Assembly (NCBI GenBank): GCA_031416315.1
Contig: JANOTL010000028.1
Span: forward strand, 1 to 50,648
Length of the DNA stretch: 50,648 nucleotides
Source: Pseudomonadota bacterium
GTDB taxonomy: Bacteria; Bdellovibrionota_B; Oligoflexia; Oligoflexales; CAIYRB01
Direction of reading: 5' to 3'
Below, piece after piece: positions 28,843 through 38,581 of the stretch (positions are counted from its first letter, which is position 1; the number at the start of each line of letters is the position of its first letter). The notes under the pieces are model-generated. The model searched no databases. It saw only the letters and a list, made by a program, of their open reading frames with translations, and was not told the DNA's origin. The position numbers and the translations under genes are program-made.

Positions 28843-30459
28843 TCAGCTGGTCGGCGTCGCCAATGCTTCCAGCACCTCTCCTGAAAGCACCACCACCGCA
28901 GACCGCGGCGCCTTCCCGCCCCCGTCCGGCCACTGACTCGTCAGCTTGCCGAGGCTCTCCGAATACTCTCCCGGATGCTGAATCGACAAGAAGAGCTGCT
29001 TGAAATCCGGCGAGAAGCAAGGACCCGTGAACTCCGCATCTTTAGGCGCGGTCCCGACCAAATGCGCCTTGCCGGCATGCGGCCCGCTCATCGGCAAAAA
29101 GTAGAGGCCGTTGTTCCCGAAGGGCGCGTACTCGTCTTTGCCGACTGCGGACCCGGAGATGTCGACGGTGAACCACATGTTGTTTCGCCCGTCGAAGACC
29201 ATGTTGTCGGGGCAGGCGAAACCGGCCTCCGGACCCCCGGCCATGAGCCGTGACGCCGTGAACCGCTGTGCCAGCGGGTTTTTCCCCTCTTCCTCGATCT
29301 TGAGAAAGGACCCGAACATGTCGCCTTTCGATTTGTTGTTGGTCAGCGCAACGATCATCGCCTTGCTCACGGGGTCCTGCTTCACGTCCTCAGGGCGGTT
29401 GAGCGGCGTCGCGCCGACGAGGCGCGCGGCGCGGCGCGTTTGCGTCAGCAGTTCCAACTGATCCTTGAAAGCGGCCGCGAGCGCCGGATTTTTCCCCCGG
29501 TCGAGAGAGAGCCAAAGCCCGTGGTCGGTGTCTCCGACGAAGAGCTCGCCTTCGACCAGAGAGCCCTTCTTCGCCGCGACGAACTTGTAGAGGAACTCGT
29601 CTTCGGTGTCGTCGCCCATGTAGACGACGGCGCGCCCGTCCGGCGCCTCGACCACCGTCGCGCCCTCGTGGCTGAAGCGGCCGAGCGCCGTCAGCTTCTG
29701 CGCTTTGCCGGTGAGCGGCTCGACCTCGACGACCCAGCCGTAGTGCTCCGGCGCCACGTCGTAGAAGTAGTCCCACCCGTGGTGGTACTTGCCGTAAACG
29801 CGGTTGGATTTGTTCCGCGAGCGCGGGTTCGTGTCGCCGTAGAAAGTCTGGAAGTTCTCTTCGCACGTGAGGATCGTCCCCCACGGCGTCGTGCCGCCGG
29901 CGCAGTTGGCCAAGGTTCCCGTGGCCACAGTCTTGCCTTCGACGGCGACGCCGCCGGCGAACGGGATCGGCGTCGTCGCCGAGAGCCGGCGGTTCATCGG
30001 GTCGTCGGCGACCACCCGCCACGTGCGACCTTCGCGGCGCACGCGCACGATCGAACCGCCGACGTTCTCCCGCTCGACGTCGACTTGCGCCTTCGTCTTC
30101 GCGCCCTTGCCGTCATAACCCGACACGAAGAGCGTCGTGACGTCCTCGTGGTTGATCCAGAGGAGGCCTTCGTCCGGCCGCACGCGATCGAGCGGCACGA
30201 ATGCGATGTAATCGTTGCAGTCGCCGAAGGCTACGCCTTTCCCGAAGGTCTCGCCCTGCCGGATCAGGATCTGCGGCGCAAAGCCTTTCGCGAGGCGCAG
30301 CGCGTCGTCGGTGCTCGGCAGCAAGGGCTCGAAGGGGAGGCTCGCGCCCGTCCCGGCGCCGAGCGCGCGCCAGGCGCCGCCGCCGAAGGCCGAGAGGGCG
30401 AAGGCCGAGCGCCCGAAAAAGTCGACGAATTCGCGGCGGCTCCACTGGCTCTTTCGCAT
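28843..30459 (-). CDS. phoX: PhoX-family alkaline phosphatase, Tat-exported
   Basis: SRREFV twin-arginine; INHE, NCAGGTTPWGTILTCEEN, LGRFSHE, NRPED, CPDN, AEFTGP, IQHPG; start ATG 30459. Confidence 0.93.
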   Translation of the reverse strand: MRKSQWSRREFVDFFGRSAFALSAFGGGAWRALGAGTGASLPFEPLLPSTDDALRLAKGFAPQILIRQGETFGKGVAFGDCNDYIAFVPLDRVRPDEGLLWINHEDVTTLFVSGYDGKGAKTKAQVDVERENVGGSIVRVRREGRTWRVVADDPMNRRLSATTPIPFAGGVAVEGKTVATGTLANCAGGTTPWGTILTCEENFQTFYGDTNPRSRNKSNRVYGKYHHGWDYFYDVAPEHYGWVVEVEPLTGKAQKLTALGRFSHEGATVVEAPDGRAVVYMGDDTEDEFLYKFVAAKKGSLVEGELFVGDTDHGLWLSLDRGKNPALAAAFKDQLELLTQTRRAARLVGATPLNRPEDVKQDPVSKAMIVALTNNKSKGDMFGSFLKIEEEGKNPLAQRFTASRLMAGGPEAGFACPDNMVFDGRNNMWFTVDISGSAVGKDEYAPFGNNGLYFLPMSGPHAGKAHLVGTAPKDAEFTGPCFSPDFKQLFLSIQHPGEYSESLGKLTSQWPDGGGKAPRSAVVVLSGEVLEALATPTS

Positions 30460-30601
30460 CGTAATCCCCAGGGCAAACGTTGGCTTCCTGAATCGCACCG
30501 GTGGGCGAGGGGAGCAAGGAGGCGCGAATTCAGATTGGGAAAATCTTCAGTGAAGAAAGCCGTCGAAATGACCCGTTCCACCCGGCCGGTGGAAGTGGCT
30601 C

Positions 30602-31312
30602 TCACCGACAGACCGCCGCTGCATTCGACGCCGCCGGCCGCGCGGCCACGCCGGCCTTCGGCACGTCCTTCGCGCCGTACATCGCCACCAATCCGGCTAC
30701 GTCGCCCGAGCTCAAGCGCCCGTCGTTGGACCACGTCTCGTTGCAATAATTCGTCGCGGAATGTGCGTCCCAACTCCCGACCCTGAGCTCGCCGTCGCCA
30801 CCCTGCTTCGCCGCGGCGCAGCTTGCGGGCGTGTCGTGCCGGTTGTGCTCGTGCGCAAAGCCCAAGACGTGCAGCATCTCGTGCATCGCGATCGTTCGCA
30901 CGCAGCCGAGGCGCGTGCCTTCGTTGACGAGGCAGTCTTCGCCCCAGTTCTTGAAGGTGGTATTCAGGCGCAGGCCGGCATGCACGCCGCGCGTCTCGAC
31001 GCCGAGCCCCGCGGCCTGCGGCTGGAGGTCCGCGACGAAGATCTTGAGGCCCTGGAACTCGCCCGCGGCGCACGCGCCGACGTCTTCGAAGCTCACTGCG
31101 GCCGAGGCCGCGAGCTCCTGCGTCACGTCGTGAACGATCTTGCGTTCGCCGCCGCGCACGGTGCCGAGGTTCTCCCAGCAGTAGAAGACCCGTCCTTGCG
31201 GCCACGCGACGCTCGTCTTCACGAAGGCCTGAGTTTGGGTAGGACATGCGGCGTCGCCGCCGCATGCGGTGAGGATCAGGGCGAGGATGCTGGGGAGGAC
31301 GTAGCGGAGCAT
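30602..31312 (-). CDS. Metzincin-type zinc metalloprotease lipoprotein
   Basis: Lipobox LTAC; HEMLHVLGFAHEHNR; start ATG 31312. Confidence 0.82.
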   Translation of the reverse strand: MLRYVLPSILALILTACGGDAACPTQTQAFVKTSVAWPQGRVFYCWENLGTVRGGERKIVHDVTQELAASAAVSFEDVGACAAGEFQGLKIFVADLQPQAAGLGVETRGVHAGLRLNTTFKNWGEDCLVNEGTRLGCVRTIAMHEMLHVLGFAHEHNRHDTPASCAAAKQGGDGELRVGSWDAHSATNYCNETWSNDGRLSSGDVAGLVAMYGAKDVPKAGVAARPAASNAAAVCR

Positions 31313-31441
31313 GGCGGGGATCTCCGAACGAAGGGGAGCTCGTTCCGCGCCACTATGACGGCCAACCCCGAAGGTGAGAAACGCAAGCTTCCGCACGGTC
31401 TGTGCAATTTTTCAGCACAGGATTCGGCTGCGGATTCAGCG

Positions 31442-32365
31442 TCATACACTCGGTCGCGCGGCCAACGCCGAAAGCTCGGCCTTCGCCGCCGCCTTCAGCG
31501 CCTCGATCAGCTCCGGCTTCCCGCCGCGCCTTTTGGCCGCGAACTTGATGCGGTACGAGGCCACCGCCACCGTCGGCCACGCGACCAGCTCGCTCGGTCG
31601 CATCGCGACGAAGCGCTCCGGCAAAAAGGCGAACCCCCGCGACGCCGAGATCAGCGCGACCGCGACGTCGTAGCTGTCGAAGCGCATGTAGCCGCCGGCC
31701 CTCTGGGTGGCGAAAGGCGCGAACGTCTCGTCGTCCTCCAGATCGTCGACGTCGACGCCGTGCGGCAAGGCCAGTGGAAAAGCCGAGAGCGCGGCGGCCG
31801 CTTCGGCCGGCGTACCCGCCTTTACGGCAGCGAGCGCCGCGTGCCCTTTGCGCACCGCGATCTGCACGTCACCCCGCCCGATCTCCTCGATCACGAGCCG
31901 CGGATGCTCCGCCAGGTCGAAGCCCAAGGCGCAATCCAGATGCCCGTCGAGCAGCTGGTCGATGAGTTGCCGGGACCCGAGCACCACCAGCGCCGGCTCA
32001 AGCGCGGGCGACGTCGCCTGCAGCTTCGATAGCGCCGGCGCCCAGAGCTCGCACGCCAGGCTATGCGGCGCGCCGCAGCGCACTTTGCCGCGAAACTCCA
32101 GATCGCCCGCTTTCAACTCGCCGCGCAGGCCCTCGACCGAGGTGACGATCGCCTCGGCCCGCGTCGCCAGCTTGCGGCCGCGGTCGTTCAGCGCGAGCTT
32201 CTTGCCGTCGCGGTCGAAGAGCTTCGCCTGCAGCTCGTCCTCGAGCGCGAGAAGAGCGTGGCTCACCGCGCTTGGGCTGATGTGCAGCTTGCGCGCGGCG
32301 CGGCCGACGTGCTCCGTTCGCGCGAGCTCGCGGAAATAGCGGAGCTGATCGAGGGAGATCGACAA
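31442..32365 (-). CDS. LysR-family transcriptional regulator
   Basis: QLRYF..AARKLHISPSAVSHAL..LE.EL..LFDR; TTG start 3 nt after sodB stop. Confidence 0.9.
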   Translation of the reverse strand: MSISLDQLRYFRELARTEHVGRAARKLHISPSAVSHALLALEDELQAKLFDRDGKKLALNDRGRKLATRAEAIVTSVEGLRGELKAGDLEFRGKVRCGAPHSLACELWAPALSKLQATSPALEPALVVLGSRQLIDQLLDGHLDCALGFDLAEHPRLVIEEIGRGDVQIAVRKGHAALAAVKAGTPAEAAAALSAFPLALPHGVDVDDLEDDETFAPFATQRAGGYMRFDSYDVAVALISASRGFAFLPERFVAMRPSELVAWPTVAVASYRIKFAAKRRGGKPELIEALKAAAKAELSALAARPSV

Positions 32366-32368
32366 GGA

Positions 32369-32953
32369 CTACTTCTTGCTGAAGTTCTGCTCGACGAAAT
32401 CCCAGTTCGCCAGGTTCCAGATGCCCTCGACGAATTTCGCACGAGCGTTGCGGTAGTCGATGTAATATGCGTGCTCCCACACGTCGACCGTCCACAGAGG
32501 TTTCGCGCCCTTGGTCATCGGGTTGCCGGCGTTCGAGGTGCCCTCGATCGCAAGCGTGCCGTCGCTCTTTTTCACCAGCCAGGCCCAGGCGGAGCCGAAG
32601 AGGCCGACGGCCTCGGCCGAGAACTTCTCCTTGAACGCTTGGAAGGAGCCGAAGTCGCGGACGATCGCCTTGCCGATCTCGCCCTTCGCCTCGCCGCCGC
32701 CCTTCGGCGAGAGCCCGTTCCAGTAGAACGTGTGGTTCCAGATCTGCGCGGCGTTGTTGAACACTTTGCCGTCGGACTGCAGGACGATCTCGTCGAGCGT
32801 CATCTTCTCGAACTTCGTGCCTGGCACGAGGTTGTTGAGGTTAGTGACGTAGGTTTGATGATGCTTGCCGTAGTGGAACTCGAGCGTCTCCGCCGACATG
32901 TGGGGCTTGAGCGCATCCATCGCATACGGCAGCGGGGGCAACGTGAAAGACAT
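32369..32953 (-). CDS. sodB: Fe superoxide dismutase
   Basis: HYGKHHQTY, FNNAAQIWNHTFYW (Fe-type AAQ), DVWEHAYYIDY. Confidence 0.95.
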   Translation of the reverse strand: MSFTLPPLPYAMDALKPHMSAETLEFHYGKHHQTYVTNLNNLVPGTKFEKMTLDEIVLQSDGKVFNNAAQIWNHTFYWNGLSPKGGGEAKGEIGKAIVRDFGSFQAFKEKFSAEAVGLFGSAWAWLVKKSDGTLAIEGTSNAGNPMTKGAKPLWTVDVWEHAYYIDYRNARAKFVEGIWNLANWDFVEQNFSKK

Positions 32954-33006
32954 GGCGTCTCCTTGGGAGCTCAGGGTGAGAACGAGGCACGGCTGCCGAG
33001 CCTATC

Positions 33007-33363
33007 TCATTTTCCGCCGCGAATCAGCTTGAGCTTCGGGCGCTGGGCCTCCGGCTGGCCTTCGCCCGACGGGGGCGCGTCGGCGGGCCGCAAGGCTTTC
33101 AAGAGCTCTTCGTCCTTCAGAGCCCGCGCCTCGTGGCGCTCTTTCGTCGCCTCGTCCTTTTTCGCGGTGAGCTTGGCCTTCATGTATTCCTTGGCCTTCA
33201 GGTACTCCTGGCGACGGCGCTCTTTCTGACGCAGGGTGCGCTCGACGCCGGCCGGTGAGGACTTGGCCGCCAGCCGCGCCGCCTTCGTCTTCTCCTTGGC
33301 CTTCTCGTACATCTCGCGTTTCACGCGCTTGGCGCGCTCCTCGCGGCTTTCGGGCTCGTCCAT
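33007..33363 (-). CDS. Small basic coiled-coil hypothetical protein (118 aa)
   Basis: Strong RBS GGAGGGGAGG before ATG 33363; K/E/R-rich; ends PKLKLIRGGK. Confidence 0.7.
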   Translation of the reverse strand: MDEPESREERAKRVKREMYEKAKEKTKAARLAAKSSPAGVERTLRQKERRRQEYLKAKEYMKAKLTAKKDEATKERHEARALKDEELLKALRPADAPPSGEGQPEAQRPKLKLIRGGK

Positions 33364-33454
33364 GTCGCTTCCTCCCCTCCCAGAGAATGTGGTAGCTTGC
33401 CTGACTTCGCAATCTGGATCTTCCGTCAATCGTGATCTTGAGGAGTGAGCGCTC

Positions 33455-35029
33455 ATGAGCGGCAAGGGCCCCGACATCCGCTGGGAAGACGAGGACGAAG
33501 GCTTCGACGACAAGAAGGCCGAGCGCGCGGCGGAAGCCGAGGAATTCGCGGCCCTTCTCGAGACCGGCGAGCCGGCGCGGCAGCGCATCGTCGTCGGCGA
33601 GAAGGTGAAAGGCATCGTCTCGCAGTTCCCCGAGGCCGGCCTCGACGTCTTGATCGATCTCGGCGGCAAGGCCTCCGGCATCGTCGAGCGCCAGGAGCTC
33701 CTCGACGAGCACGGCAAGCCCAAGGTCAAGGTCGGCGACGTCATCGAGCTCTTCGTGCTCTCCCGCAAGGGCGTCGAGATCATCCTCAGCCACCGCATGA
33801 GCCAGGCGCTCCGCACGGTGGGGGACTTGGAGGCGGCGCACCAACGCAAAATCCCCGTCCGCGGCAAGGTCACCGCCGTCGTCAAGGGCGGGGTCGAGGT
33901 CACCATCCTCGGCAAGACCGCCTTCTGCCCCGTCTCCCAGCTCGACGCGCGCTTCGTCGCGGAGCCGGGCGAGTACCTCGGCCAGGAGCTCGAGTTCCTG
34001 ATCGAGCGCATCGAGGAAAAGGGCCGGAACATCGTCGTCACCCGCGCCGCCTTGATCCGCGCGCAAGCGGAGAAGAAGGTCGAGGAGATGATGCAGGGGC
34101 TCGCGCCCGACAAAGTCTTCGACGGCGTCGTCAAGGAGCTGCGCGACTTCGGCGCGTTCGTCGACATCGGCGGCGTCGAAGGCATGGTCCACGTCTCGGA
34201 GATCTCGCACGCGCGCGTGGCGAAGCCAGCCGACGCGCTCACCCGCGGCGACAAGGTGAAGGTCAAAGTCCTGAAGGTCGACCGCGACGACAAGGGCCGC
34301 CCGAAGATCTCGCTGTCGATCAAGGCCGCCGCCGTGGATCCCTGGGATCGCATCGCAGACGAGATCAAGCTCTCCGAGACCTACACCGGCAAAGTCGTGA
34401 ACCTGATGAACTTCGGCGCCTTCGTCGAGGTGAAGCCCGGCATCGAGGGCCTGATCCACGTCTCGGAGATGTCGTGGACGAAGCGCGTCCACCATCCGTC
34501 GGACGTCGTGAAGGTCGGCGATCTCGTCACCGTCACGGTCAAGGACATCGACCCCGTCACGCGCCGCATCGCGCTGTCGATGAAGCAGGTCGAGGACGAC
34601 CCGTGGCACGACGTCGAGAAGAAGGTGCCCGTTGGTTCTGTCATGAAGGGGAAGGTCGAGCGCTTGAAGACCTTCGGCGCCATCATCCAGTTCGGTGAAG
34701 GCGGCCTGACCGGCCTCCTGCCGATCTCGGCCCTGAAGCGTCAGTTCGGCGAAGCTTATCGCCAGCCGGCGACCCCGGGCAAGGACATGGACGTGCAGAT
34801 CGTCGCGGTCGACCGCAGCGAGCGCAAGATTCTCCTCTCGATGCCTGGCCTCGACGAAGAAGCCTCGCTCGAAGCGGACTACCGCGCCTACGTCAAAGCG
34901 AACGAGGCGGAGCGCAAGGAAAACGCGGCAAAAGCCGACGACGCTTCGAAGAGTGGCGCGGGCAATGCCCGGGTGGGGAGCTTCGGGGCTTTGCTCGGGG
35001 CGAAGCTCGGGCAGCCTTCCGGGAAGTAG
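33455..35029 (+). CDS. rpsA: Ribosomal protein S1-like multi-S1-domain RNA-binding protein
   Basis: Five S1 repeats ([50 protein letters not shown]); may be a second paralog. Confidence 0.8.
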   Translation: MSGKGPDIRWEDEDEGFDDKKAERAAEAEEFAALLETGEPARQRIVVGEKVKGIVSQFPEAGLDVLIDLGGKASGIVERQELLDEHGKPKVKVGDVIELFVLSRKGVEIILSHRMSQALRTVGDLEAAHQRKIPVRGKVTAVVKGGVEVTILGKTAFCPVSQLDARFVAEPGEYLGQELEFLIERIEEKGRNIVVTRAALIRAQAEKKVEEMMQGLAPDKVFDGVVKELRDFGAFVDIGGVEGMVHVSEISHARVAKPADALTRGDKVKVKVLKVDRDDKGRPKISLSIKAAAVDPWDRIADEIKLSETYTGKVVNLMNFGAFVEVKPGIEGLIHVSEMSWTKRVHHPSDVVKVGDLVTVTVKDIDPVTRRIALSMKQVEDDPWHDVEKKVPVGSVMKGKVERLKTFGAIIQFGEGGLTGLLPISALKRQFGEAYRQPATPGKDMDVQIVAVDRSERKILLSMPGLDEEASLEADYRAYVKANEAERKENAAKADDASKSGAGNARVGSFGALLGAKLGQPSGK

Positions 35030-35052
35030 GATTCAGTCGCCTCGGTCCTCGC

Positions 35053-35080
35053 TAAAGCTAGACGAGATGCGCACCGAAAC
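35053..35080 (+). promoter_or_regulatory. sigma28-like promoter
   Basis: TAAA-N16-ACCGAAAC. Confidence 0.5.
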
Positions 35081-35122
35081 TAGAAGGCTAGCTAATAACT
35101 GCCTTCTAGAGGGACAAGCCGA

Positions 35123-37048
35123 ATGCGTCGCATCGCACCTTACTGCACCGTATTGATGGCCCTTCTCGCGACCTCTTGCAAGGTCGAGCAAACCGATTCG
35201 GCACCCACGAAAGCCCCGGGAGCCGCGCCGGCGCCCGACGCTCCCGCGCCGACACCGGTACCGCCACCGACAACTTTACCGCCCATCGAGACTGGCACCG
35301 TCGCGGTCGACCCGAATCCGACCGCCCCCGAGCCGCCGCCGGTGATTCCCACCGATCTGGCCGGCATCACGCCCGCGTCGGGCGCCACGATCGCCGTGGG
35401 CGGAACGCTCGCGATCGATCTCGGGCTCGCCGAGGCGCCGAAGCCGACCAAGGTCTTGGCCTTCAAGCTCAAGCGCGGCGAAGCGAAGCCGCCGATCAGC
35501 TTTCCGATCGACGCCAACGGGCGGTTCAAGGCGGATCTGCCGAAGCCCGTGGACGAGCTCACGACCCTGAAGTCGTTCGTGCGCGCCGACGGGTCGATCG
35601 ACCTCGTCGGCTTGGCCAAGGTCGAGCCGGGTGCCGCCGAAAATAGCGAGGCGGACATCAAGGAGTACATCGCCTTTCTCGAGTCGCAGCCGCCGTCGAA
35701 AGGCCCACCGGACGGCGCGTACGTGCTCGTCAGCATGGTCGAGACCGGAGACCTCGTCGAGGAAGCGCAGTCGTTCCGCTACATCGGCCTGCCTTCGGGC
35801 GACGACAACTCCATCAACCTGCAGATCGGCGTCGCCAAGGGCAACCTCAACCTCGGCAAGATCACCGGCAAAGGCGACGACGCGCGCGCCGAGCTCCCGC
35901 TCTCGACCGAGGTTTTCGACCTGCCGGCCGCGACGCTGACGGAGATCGCGGCGACGGACAACTCGCTCAAGGGTCTGAAGAACACCTACATGAACCCGAT
36001 GAGCGCGCAAGGCGGCTTGATCGAAGCCATCCCGTTCTTCACCTTCTCGGCCGCGATTGAAGGCTCGCGCAACGCCTTTTCCGCCCCGATCGACGTGCCC
36101 TCGAGCTTCGGCATCTACTTTCGCGGCGAGAACGTCGACGACGGCTCCGGCGGCAAGGTCCTCGGTGCCTCGATCTGCGCGACGGGGACGGAGCAGAGCC
36201 GGATCCCGCCCGCGACCATCCTAGACCTCGAAGCCCCGGCGCCGATCAGCGTATCCCTCGGGTCGGCGGCGCCGCGTTCGGTCTCGGTCTTCACGAACCG
36301 CAACGCGAGCGTTCCGAATTTGGCGTCCTTCGGCTTCCAATGTTTTGAGATGGAGAGCGTCCCAGCTGCAGAAAAGACCTCCTTTTTCGCGAGCGGCGCT
36401 GCGGAAGACCCGAACCGGCTCAACTGGAACTGGAGCGGCTTCGGCCTCGACAATGCCAGCGGCCTGCCGGCCGGCATCTGGAAGCTGAAGATCAACGGCG
36501 AGGTCCGCGGCAACTTCGACCTCGCGTCCGGCTACCCGCTCGACGCTGACGGCAAGCCAGTGATTTACGTCCCGTCAGTCCGCCTCACGGTCGACGCGGA
36601 CGGCACGGTTCAAGACTATCAAGTGCGCTTCAACTACTGGGACGCGGCCGCCGGCAAGTACGCGCCGGTCACCGACGTGTCGGCGCTGACGAACGTCTTG
36701 CAAGACCCGGGTTTCGACGTCGACGACTATTCCGGCTGGCCTGGCAACGGCAACCAGCGCGCGACCGTCATGGTTCGCTTCGGCGCCGATGGGGGCCACG
36801 GTGGTGAAGGGCAGGGTTGCCAAGGCAATTACCCGCCGCTAGTGGCGAACGCGGAAGGAGTGCTGTCGAGCGGTTTGGTCGAGGCTTGTCACACGGACGG
36901 CGACGGCGCCACCGTCAAGGCGCCTTTCAAGTTCTCTGCCGGGACCAGCGACGCGAACGCGGTGCTGGCGATTGGCGGGATGGCCGTGTCTTACACGCTC
37001 TACGGGAACAATTACCGTTTCGACCTGCGGCCGACCGGCTCGAACTGA
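35123..37048 (+). CDS. Large hypothetical lipoprotein (641 aa)
   Basis: Lipobox LATSC, Pro/Thr linker, beta-rich body. Confidence 0.8.
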   Translation: MRRIAPYCTVLMALLATSCKVEQTDSAPTKAPGAAPAPDAPAPTPVPPPTTLPPIETGTVAVDPNPTAPEPPPVIPTDLAGITPASGATIAVGGTLAIDLGLAEAPKPTKVLAFKLKRGEAKPPISFPIDANGRFKADLPKPVDELTTLKSFVRADGSIDLVGLAKVEPGAAENSEADIKEYIAFLESQPPSKGPPDGAYVLVSMVETGDLVEEAQSFRYIGLPSGDDNSINLQIGVAKGNLNLGKITGKGDDARAELPLSTEVFDLPAATLTEIAATDNSLKGLKNTYMNPMSAQGGLIEAIPFFTFSAAIEGSRNAFSAPIDVPSSFGIYFRGENVDDGSGGKVLGASICATGTEQSRIPPATILDLEAPAPISVSLGSAAPRSVSVFTNRNASVPNLASFGFQCFEMESVPAAEKTSFFASGAAEDPNRLNWNWSGFGLDNASGLPAGIWKLKINGEVRGNFDLASGYPLDADGKPVIYVPSVRLTVDADGTVQDYQVRFNYWDAAAGKYAPVTDVSALTNVLQDPGFDVDDYSGWPGNGNQRATVMVRFGADGGHGGEGQGCQGNYPPLVANAEGVLSSGLVEACHTDGDGATVKAPFKFSAGTSDANAVLAIGGMAVSYTLYGNNYRFDLRPTGSN

Positions 37049-37063
37049 GCCCGATCGGGGCGA

Positions 37064-37609
37064 TCAGTGGCCGTCGAAATCGACGAGCCACTGAGGCTGG
37101 TACTTTGCTAAGCGCTTGGCGCCGCCAAGCTCCGGCAAATTCACCACGAACGCACTGCCGACCACGACGCCCGCGAAGCGTTCCACCAGCTCGCACGTCG
37201 CCCCGCACGTCCCGCCCGTCGCCAGCAGATCGTCCACGACCAGGCAGCGCTCGCCCTTCTTGATGGCGTCGCTGTGGATCTGGATGCAGTCCTTGCCGTA
37301 CTCGAGGTCGTAGTAGATCTCCTCGACCTTGCCCGGGAGCTTGCCCTTCTTGCGCGCCATGACGAGGCCGCACTTCAAGCGCGCCGCCAGAGCGCCGCCG
37401 AGGATAAAGCCGCGCGACTCGATCGCGATGACCTGCTCGATCTTCGCGCCTTCGTACAGACGCACCAGCTCGTCGATCGTCGTCTGCATGCCCCAAGGGT
37501 CCTTGAAGAGCGTCGAAACGTCGCGGAACATGATGCCGGCTTTCGGAAAGTCGGGAATCGTGCGGATCAAGGATTTCAGGCGGCTCAGGTTCTCGCGGGC
37601 GGCGGTCAT
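37064..37609 (-). CDS. apt: Adenine phosphoribosyltransferase
   Basis: IPDFPKAGIMFRD, IESRGF, RKKGKLP, YDLEYG, VVDDLLATGGT; start ATG 37609. Confidence 0.95.
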   Translation of the reverse strand: MTAARENLSRLKSLIRTIPDFPKAGIMFRDVSTLFKDPWGMQTTIDELVRLYEGAKIEQVIAIESRGFILGGALAARLKCGLVMARKKGKLPGKVEEIYYDLEYGKDCIQIHSDAIKKGERCLVVDDLLATGGTCGATCELVERFAGVVVGSAFVVNLPELGGAKRLAKYQPQWLVDFDGH

Positions 37610-37716
37610 CGTCGGGTCTCCGAAAAGGCGTCTCATCCTAGGTACGTGCGCCTTGCGCGTCAACATCAGGAATGCATAGAATGCGGCCATTGCCCCCAAT
37701 GGAGGATGCTAGACCG

Positions 37717-38469
37717 ATGAAGAAGCTCGCCCTTTCCGTACTCCTGCTGTGCGCCGTAGCCGGCGCCGCGCTCGCCGAAGACAAGCCCGCCGCTGCGACC
37801 GCCGCGCCGGCTGCCGCCTCGGCCCCTGCCGCCGCCGAGCCCGCCAAGCCCGCGGCCCCGGTCGTAGCCCCCGCTGCCACGGCTCCAGCTGCCGCTGCCG
37901 TCGCCCCCACGGGCGCCGCCGCCGCCGTGCCGCCGCCGGCCGTGAAGCCGGAAGCCGACCCGATCGTCGAGATCGTCACGAGCGAGGGCAAAATCAAGCT
38001 CCAGCTCGATGCGAAGCTCGCCCCCGAGACGGTGAAGAACTTCGTCGGCTACGCCAACGAGAAGTTCTACGACGGCACGGTCTTCCACCGCGTGATCAAC
38101 AAATTCATGGTCCAGGGTGGCGGCTACGTCGTCGAAGGCGGCAAGCTTAACGAGAAGAAGACCAAGGCCTCGATCCAGAACGAGGCCAAGAACGGCCTGA
38201 AAAACGACCGCGGCACGGTCGCCATGGCGCGCACGCCGGATCCGAACAGCGCCACCTCGCAGTTCTTCATCAACCTGGTGAACAACGACCGCCTCAATTT
38301 CCCGGCACCGGACGGCCACGGCTATGCCGTGTTCGGCAAGGTCATCGAAGGCATGGACGTCGTCGACAAGATCGCCGGCCAGAAGACCGGCATGAAGCAA
38401 GGGATGGGCGACGTTCCCGAGAAAGACATCGTGATTCAATCGATCACGGTGTCCAAAAGCGCGAGTTGA
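37717..38469 (+). CDS. ppiA: Exported cyclophilin-type peptidyl-prolyl isomerase
   Basis: Signal peptide, Ala/Pro linker, APETVKNF, FHRVINKFMVQGGG, AMART, SATSQFFIN, GYAVFGKV. Confidence 0.92.
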   Translation: MKKLALSVLLLCAVAGAALAEDKPAAATAAPAAASAPAAAEPAKPAAPVVAPAATAPAAAAVAPTGAAAAVPPPAVKPEADPIVEIVTSEGKIKLQLDAKLAPETVKNFVGYANEKFYDGTVFHRVINKFMVQGGGYVVEGGKLNEKKTKASIQNEAKNGLKNDRGTVAMARTPDPNSATSQFFINLVNNDRLNFPAPDGHGYAVFGKVIEGMDVVDKIAGQKTGMKQGMGDVPEKDIVIQSITVSKSAS

Positions 38470-38581
38470 CCACAGAAAGTTCAATGATTACAATATTCTA
38501 TTAAAATTGATCTGGTTTTATAGAATCTCATAAGATATGATCCGGCCCTCTTAGTTTCATTGAAACCGTGAGGGCCGCATC

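Noticed and set aside
33002..34609. 535-aa and 453-aa minus-strand ORFs
   Set aside because: Shadows of the S1-like gene; only 33007..33363 has an RBS and protein-like composition
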